Positions 56,801 to 64,000 of a stretch of DNA of 64,000 nucleotides are shown piece by piece. Every line of letters begins with the position of its first letter. Within the stretch, counting starts at the first letter, position 1. This DNA is from Antedon mediterranea (taxonomy: Eukaryota > Animalia > Echinodermata), in the NCBI RefSeq assembly GCF_964355755.1, contig NC_092670.1, positions 13,068,795-13,132,794 on the forward strand, in the 5' to 3' direction. A program made the position numbers and the translations under genes. Under the pieces are notes generated by a model. That model saw nothing but the letters and a program-made list of their open reading frames with translations. It had not been told where the DNA came from and ran no database searches.

Positions 56801-59800
56801 GTTTTAATTAATAAATATTTAATAAATTTCATATAAAAATAGTAACTCTATTTAATAAATTATGATTCATTTCAGAATTTCTCAACTAGCTTGTCATTTT
56901 AGGACTGTTCAGTAGCAAGAAGTGGGCCTATTGGCCTCTACTAACTTTTTCAAGAATAGCAATTTGTATTGCAAAACGGTCAGCTCTTAGATTCCTCAAA
57001 GTCATACAAATAATCTGTTGACTTTCCAAAATGACTAAGTACCGTAAAGTGTTTTAAGAATGACGTGCTGAAGTTACTGATAAAAGTAAGGGTAGCCTAG
57101 TAGTATAGTAAACAAGGCCATACGCTGTGTAGCTGAGAAATAATGATGTTCTTGTAGCTAATATACTGGTATAATCATTTTCAATAGGCCTTCCAACAAC
57201 TTGAAGAAAACAGCATACTATTCCACTGTGATTTCAATATTTACAACAACTACCTGTAAATTAGTAACCAACCAGGTGTCAGCAAGCTGTCAATATTAAC
57301 ACTTTAAAATATCTGAATCCAAAATACATTTTTAAACAGAATACATGATTTTTCTTCCTCTAATAATCATATAATGATGACAACATCACAGAGCAGAAAT
57401 TGAGTACAATAAATAAGCACTATTATGTTAAAACAAAATAATTTCTTCAGCAGTGTTTGACGATAATCTAACAAGTTGGCACGCCACGTCTATACTGATT
57501 TTGTAAACAGGAGTGTAGACGGCCTATTGTTTCGCTTATCCAACCATGAAATCAAACAGTGGTTTTGTAAATACTAGCAAATAGACAAATGAATGAGATA
57601 GCTCCTATTGGTTCAAGGTCTAGTCCTATTATGTCACATGCCAATGTGCGAATTGGTGTTCTTTAAAAACGAAAGTAGGTTTAGCTTCTTCTATTGTCTT
57701 GCCTTTATTGTTCTGAACTCGTTGATGTGTCATGCCCTATTGTTAAGATCTTTTCTGGTTTCATTCAGTTCAGAAAAGCTGTAAAGTTTTATGATTAAAG
57801 AGTTTTTCATAACTCCACAATGCTGCCACCAATAATAGGTGGTTCTTTCACTGTACTTTTGATTAAAAAAGTTCTTGTTTTCACTCCCAAAGGTTTTGCA
57901 AGCAAAATCTTAGATCTTAATGTATAGTGCAGTATGACTATGGACCTCTAATATAGGTCCATGGTATGACCATAAAGGTATTTGTACCTGCATGGTATGA
58001 CCATACACCAGACCCTCTTTTCCAATGAGCATATTAAAGGAATCTGGCTGTCATTGTCTATGTCTTTTAAGCAGTGTGCTGTCTCATTCCTCCATCCTTC
58101 AGGGTAGATGTCAGATCTTGCAGCAAAAAAACGTAGAATGTCCCTATTCAAAATGAGCAATGGATGCCGCCATGATCCCAGAAAAGGGCAAGACAAATTT
58201 TCTTAATTTCATGAATTAAAATGACATAATTTATACTACTGTACTGTACACCATTTCCAAGAATATACCAATATTTGTAATTAAAATAAAATTTTACCTT
58301 GTTTTTAAAAATAATTTCATGTATTAACAATTTATTATTTTCGTTTTGTATTAAATGAGTACACATGGGTCATCCCTGTATTCAGTACTTTTAATCTGAT
58401 TAATTACTGGCCCCAATTCAATTTGCCTGGCCCGTAAAAATTTTTTTATTTAAAAACAATCCTCCTCCAGCTTTTCATACTTTGACTATATTCTTAATAA
58501 TATTAATTAGTTCAGTGGATAGACACTGTGCAATTGTTATGAATTTTTAAATAACAGTTGGATTGACCACTCACCTAGTTGTCGTAATATAAATTAAAAC
58601 GTTAATAAAATTTGTCCACAGGCAAGCAAGTAAATTTCAAACAATTTATTTTATTAATTAGCTTAGATTAATCTCAATTCAAATTTAGCTTTTAATAAAG
58701 TCAGTTCACAAAAATATTGATTTCTCAAACACATTGAGAGATATCGCTGATCGGTCAAGCATACCATACGCTGTCCTCTATTACCGGTCTACACCTCTTA
58801 AGCGAGGTGTGCTTTAGGAGCTATAGAGTGCCAGTGAAGCATGTTAAAAACCATTGATTATGCTAAAATGTAAGGCAAGTTTACTGTAGGAAGCATATTT
58901 CTGTTGACAACACATTAACCTTGTGTTAGAAACACTGTACCTTCACTTTACAGGTATTTTTTAGACATGCAGAAAAGTTTTAAATATTTTTTTTTCTCAT
59001 AATATAAGAAATTATAAAAAATGTACCATAAATATTTAATGTAATGTAAGAATAACTTATAATAGATACAATAGACAACCAACTTTACAAATAATTAAGG
59101 AAAAATAATTGGAAAAATCTGTTCTGATTTGTTGGAATTTATGATTTACATCAAATTTTATTTAAAGCTCAGGTACAGGCATGAATTTTAAATATAATAT
59201 TTGGTTAATTGTACATAAATCAAATATTTGTAATAGAAATCAAGACGAAAAAAAATGAATTTCCCTTAATATGGTCAAATACAAAATTTTGCAAAATTCT
59301 TCCATAAAAACCAGGAAGACTTTTTTTCAGTAGTTAGGTAGTTAACCTAATGTAATAACATGTCTGGTGACTCCCTAGACGGTGAAAAAAGATGGTGGAT
59401 ATACGGTGGATAATTTTTGCTATAGCATGAAAATAAAAATCTGAAGTTGAATAAAAATATCAGAAATGTAATATTCAAGTTATATTACCTATATTTAGTC
59501 ATCTGATAACATTTTTTACCACACCGTTTATTTTTCATAGCTTTTTAAAATGCCTCTCTATTTACAAAATTTGTGTACAAAAGAATAGAGATTTTACTGT
59601 GTAATTTGAACTATCCCGCTGATAAGAAAGTGCTTATTTTCAACAAGCTCGTGTAACACAAATAAAATCTTAAAAATTATGAAACATAGGGGAAACTATA
59701 GATCGATATTTATTGGAATGTATGATCAATAGAAATTTTTTGCCCGCACCTGGCCTTTAAAGTCAACAGAATGGCATCTTAGTTTTATTCTGTTTGAATT

Positions 59801-61887
59801 GTTTCAGTTACCTTCCAGTGCGAATAATCATACATTAAATACTCTTTTAAAATAATTATTTCATGGCCACTGTTTTTAGTCATTGTCTCTTTGCTCTTAT
59901 TTACTGTCTGTTTCAATTACATGCAGTACTACTGTATTCTGTTCCATTGTTCAAATATTTCCTATTGTGTCTAAAAGGATTATCAAACCTAGCAAGTGAA
60001 ATTGTTTATTTTTGTCTTATTTACTAAATAAAAGGAAATTGACAGTTATTGTAAATTGTAAAAATTAACTAATGATTATAAACAATTGCAATTGAACAAT
60101 AATAAAATCAGTATAACATATTTTTAACTTTCAAAAACTGAAACACATGGTATGTTTATTTTATACACTTAACTGTTTTACACAAACCAAACAAAACTCC
60201 AGGCACATCACAAACGGTAATAAAAACAAAAAGAAACAATAAAAATGTAATACAAACTTTTAAAATTAAAGAAATCCATCATCGTGATGAGTGGACGGTT
60301 TGGCCTATCCTCTTTTCAAATCGGAGTAATCAAGGATAAACTTGTCATCAACAAGCTGTCCAGAAATGAATGGTTTGTGTTGATGATACCGCGCAACTAA
60401 ACTGTAATTCGTATCCCAAATGTCACGGTTTGTGCATTAAAAACTACTTTACTATACAGAACAAATTAGTTGACAGCGTTTGATGACAACATCGTTAATC
60501 CAAAACCAAACTGACCTATTTAATACTATTTCACTTTTTTAAATCATACTTCTTATGGATGTTAAATGCATTGTCTTCAATGACAACAAAAACTTTTTTG
60601 TCATTTTATTTTATAATACTACATTATTTATCCACTTTTTACCAAAATTGGATAAATAAAATGTATTTTACATTAAAAACTGTCAAATTGTCTGTCAGGC
60701 AGGTTTTGGCTAAATTAAACAGTTTATTGTCTGTCAGTGTCAGGCAATCAGGTTTTGGCTAAATTAAACAGTTTATTGTCTGTCAGGAAATCAGGGTTTG
60801 GCTAAATTAAACAGTTTATTGTCCATGTCTGTGAGGCATTCAGGTTTTGGCTAAATTAAACAGTTTATTTAAATTAAAACAGTTAACAGTTTCTTCTTGT
60901 CATTTTATTAACAGAAATCATTTTTTTTTAAACCATTGTTAATATTAAAATAACTGGCCTATTCAAAGCTTGATTGTATTCATCAGGGGGACAGTACATC
61001 TCTAACAATAGGTAATATTTATTGTTTTGGGTACATCAACAATAGGGAATCTCATATCGCACATTTATAAAAATTTTTAGGAAGCTTTTTTGTTTTTTTA
61101 AAGAAAGTAACCGGTTCTGGATATATACTGTAGAGGAAATTGATAGACTGCTGGATCACTGTAATCTCCCCAACATTATTCCTCAATACGCATTTTGTAA
61201 TCACTATTCTACAGTACAGTAGGTTAAGCAATCACTAATTAATGCAAAATCTACCACCAGTAACTCTACAGAATTTGTTTGCTGTTCTATGAAATCATAT
61301 TATTGTACCTACAGTACAGTATGAGTAAAACAAATAATTCAGGAAATAATTTTACAACAAATTTGATGTTAGAAATGTTTTATTTGTTAAAACAGGGTCA
61401 CTCTGATAGTTGACCGACAAACAAAACAATAATTAACACCAACTTTGATTAAGTTCTGAAAATGTAATAATACCTTAAATATATTATACAAACTACTGTA
61501 GGCTACAGAGATTTGACTGAGAAACAAAATACTATTGTTCGTAGCTTATCCATCCTTTTTTATGTGGATGTCGTTGTATGTAGGGAAAAATATTAGTTTT
61601 TTCTGGAAATCAAGGTTTTGTTACCCAAGACGTAAATTAATTTGATTTTAACAAATTAATTGAGGTATGTTGTGTACACTCTTCTCCGAATATTGCTGCA
61701 TAAATGAAATCAACAATGTGATTGATTTATAATTAGAAAATAGTAATTAATATTCTTTCAGAGGTTTTTTTATTTAATTGTTGACTTTATTTTTGGGGAG
61801 AGAGAGGAGGAGAGAAATGTTCTTACCTCCAGCAGAAATATCCTCATACAAATCATCTGGAGGCGTTTTCATACCGTTCGTTGCCAT
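47806..61887 (-). CDS. TPD52: Tumor protein D52-family protein (TPD52/TPD54-like)
   Basis: Exons 61887-61827 (or 56792-56636), 54098-53944, 53845-53697, cassettes 51934-51875 and 49645-49586, 48680-48518, 47955-47806. D52 coiled coil EEEREKIRLELIQTEEDIAAMKSTLRSKEAAAKELKRKLGITP, then GWKNLQQSNAY, AGQKTGAAFSTLGSSISRKLGEMKESTTFKSFESKV. The symbol denotes the family; the paralog is not resolved. Confidence 0.9.
56460..56594. mobile_element. Short MITE family, copy 3
   Basis: Both TIRs and the same core as the 21551 copy. Confidence 0.8.
56636..56792 (-). CDS. TPD52: TPD52-family alternative (proximal) first coding exon
   Basis: ATG at 56792, MNGHLESAPKENG...DVDDDEDENIFYW, GTGAGA donor; phase 1 matches exon 54098. 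Confidence 0.65.
59166..59756. mobile_element. Non-autonomous Kolobok-like DNA transposon
   Basis: TTAA at both flanks (59162-59165, 59757-59760); imperfect TIRs AGCTCAGGTACAGGCA / TGCCCGCACCTGGCCT beginning with AG. Confidence 0.6.
60688..60870. repeat. ~45-bp tandem repeat x4
   Basis: Units of CAGGTTTTGGCTAAATTAAACAGTTTATTGTCTGTCAG. Confidence 0.85.
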
Positions 61888-62364
61888 TTCGATAACTAGA
61901 CTTCTTCTTTCCTAGGCCTAACAAGCAAAAGTTATCGTACTTTCTCTCGAATGTAGACTACTACAGAGGTCTAGTGTACTACTAAATACAGAAGGTAAAC
62001 AGCTTGCCGAATTCTCACTAGCTAGGCTACTCTGTTCCCCGTGACGTTGACCTACCTTGTTGGTTGCACACCGTCTCTGATGATGTGTTTTGTCGATCTT
62101 TTTCGTTTTGTCAACAAAAAACCACGTATTTACCTAACCTTTCATTGACCTTAAATATTAATAATTACAATTGAGAAAATAATATAGGTTTTATTTTTTA
62201 AAGAAATAATCTTTTTTTTAAATATTTAATCTTCTATAAGATATATTTTTTGTTTCAAAAAATATTTTGAATTATTATAATAATAACATTTAATCTTAGT
62301 GTGTACAAGAAGTGTTTGTAGAGGGTACTTGCCATGACGTAACTTTTGTACAAAATTCGTCAAG
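61888..62364. promoter_or_regulatory. Bidirectional promoter TPD52-family/SF3B6
   Basis: Divergent ATGs at 61887 (-) and 62365 (+). CRE-like TGACGT at ~62042 and ~62335, YY1-like CAAGATGGCG over the SF3B6 ATG, and TAGGCCTA/CTAG tracts. Confidence 0.65.
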
Positions 62365-62394
62365 ATGGCGATGCAGGCGGGTCGTCGACAAAAT
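62365..62394 (+). CDS. SF3B6: Splicing factor 3B subunit 6 (p14), first coding exon (MAMQAGRRQN); rest of gene beyond the window
   Basis: CAAGATGGCG start, 10 codons resembling the conserved SF3B6 N-terminus (MAMQAAKRAN), and a perfect GTGAGT donor. Confidence 0.75.
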
Positions 62395-63017
62395 GTGAGT
62401 TCTTTTATTTGTATTTTTAACTATGTTTCAGTTATAATTTAAATAGATAATGCTATTTAATTAACTATAAATTGAATTAAGATGCAAAATAGTGTTATTT
62501 ATTAATAGGGTTTCGTGTAGATTTCATAGTAAATTGATTGAAAACGTAAGCCGACCTCGCGCTCGTCATGTTGTCGGCGTGCATATATGCTCCACAACGT
62601 ACAGGGCCTATTTGCGATTATCGGCCATGGACGCTTTGTGTTATGTAGGTGGCCTCCGACATGATTTTCCGGCGCTTCTGCAGTTTCGCACCCATCTTTT
62701 ATTTCGATATCAAATTCTAACTTTGTCATGGATATCACACATTAGGATTTTTTGATCCAAAAAATGTGTATATGTATGCTGTGTGTGTAGTTAATAATAA
62801 TATTGATAATATTTTAATAAAAAATAAGGCTAGGCCTAACCTTTATCGCAAATATACTTTATTTCTTGAGGAAAGTCAATGCACATTGGGAAGTGTTTGG
62901 GAGTATACGTACAAACAATAAATCACGTACATACGCGTCGTGACGTTTGCTCCCAAATCCTTCCCTGGGAAGAAAGTTCCCACCATGCTTCTCGCATGCT
63001 ATTCAAAAAACCGGGTA

Positions 63018-63485
63018 TTGCTAAACACCGCAAACCTCCAAAAAAACATAGCAAACCCCACCGAACCAACATAAAAGTGATTGAATCATGTAGTGTACAA
63101 CCCACTGTGTATATTAATGTAAAAAAAAATTAAATTTCTACTGTTAACAACTTATTTTTGGGGTAAAACATAATTTTTTTGGTCAAAAATGATTGCTAAA
63201 CCCCGCAAACCTCCAAAAAACTATAGCAAACCCCACCGAACCAACATAAAAGTGATTAAATAATGTAGTGTACGACCCACTGGGTATATAAATTATTAAA
63301 TTTCTACTGTTAACTACTTTTTGGGGGATAAAACATCATTTTTTGGTTAAAAATTAGCAATCATTTTTGACCAAAAAATAATGTTTTACCCCAAAAATAA
63401 CTAGTTAACAGTAGAAATTGAATATTTTTTTTACGTGGATATACCCAGTGAGTTGTACACTACATGATTCAATCACTTTTATGTT
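63018..63485. repeat. Foldback-like structure: two direct ~175-bp units followed by an inverted copy
   Basis: TTGCTAAAC.CCGCAAACCTCC..ACATAAAAGTGATT..ATGTAGTGTAC..TTCTACTGTTAAC..TTTTGGT.AAAA at 63018 and ~63193; reverse complement at ~63360-63485. Confidence 0.75.
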
Positions 63486-63599
63486 TTTTTTTTTTTTTTT
63501 CATTTTTTTTTATTCATTTCAAAAAATACAACCATAACACAAATCACTTAAATATAAAGTAATAGGTATCAAAAAGATATGAACGTTTAAATAAAGTAA

Positions 63600-63875
63600 G
63601 TAAGGGAAAACATTTCAAAAACAAAGATTTACCTTGATAAAACCTCCATATTATTTGGTTACAATACAGAAAATCCTGATATGTTATTAAATCTATGTAT
63701 TTTGTTGATTAAGAAAATTATATTTAGTTACAAATTAACTCACAAAAAGCCAGTCTTCCAGGTTTTCTTTAATCGGTTAAAATTTAATTATAACGTAGAG
63801 AAAAACATTGCTTCTAAAAGAAGTACATTGTATAATTTCAGACAAAAGTGGAGATTAATAGAAGATTATATTTGA
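63600..63875 (+). mobile_element. L1/Tx1-like LINE ORF2 C-terminal fragment
   Basis: Open frame KTSILFG..LLNLCILLIKKIIFSYK..KPVFQVFFNRLK..VEKNIA..FRQKWRLI matches the typical ORF2 tail of L1/Tx1-group elements. Confidence 0.6.
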
Positions 63876-64000
63876 TAACTTAACGATACTGTTTCTCGAG
63901 GAAATGACTTACTTTTGTGTATTATTATTATTATTACGCTTGCTCTTTATTATTGTATTAAATTAAAATGTAAACCAGAAATTATTATTTGCACTTGTTA

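Noticed and set aside
62492-63133. Overlapping short ORFs in CpG-richer DNA after SF3B6 exon 1
   Set aside because: They do not encode the expected SF3B6 continuation (IRLPPEVNRILY-like) and look like intronic transposon-derived sequence.

Overview
AT-rich eukaryotic (invertebrate animal) genomic DNA with spliceosomal GT-AG introns; nothing prokaryotic and no CRISPR array. Splicing exons by hand gives five protein-coding genes: PASK (PAS-domain Ser/Thr kinase, +, ~541-30076, apparently with two alternative N-termini and two alternative last exons); PDCD2L (-, 31549-34001); RFC1 (+, 34121-43605), head-to-head with PDCD2L across a 119-bp gap; a TPD52-family gene (-, 47806-61887, with two first exons and two duplicated 60-nt cassette exons); and the first coding exon of SF3B6/p14 (+, 62365-62394), head-to-head with the TPD52 gene. 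Introns carry MITEs, a tRNA-derived SINE, truncated LINE 3' ends and minisatellites. The most unusual items are a Helentron/DINE-like non-autonomous element carrying two degenerate tRNA-Val(AAC) copies, a protein-like 46-codon in-frame stretch with a KKVRF motif right after the RFC1 stop, and a 20-copy 48-bp minisatellite whose only open frame is the RFC1 frame. I cannot claim a new biological system from sequence alone. Gene identities come from recognising motifs, not from database searches.
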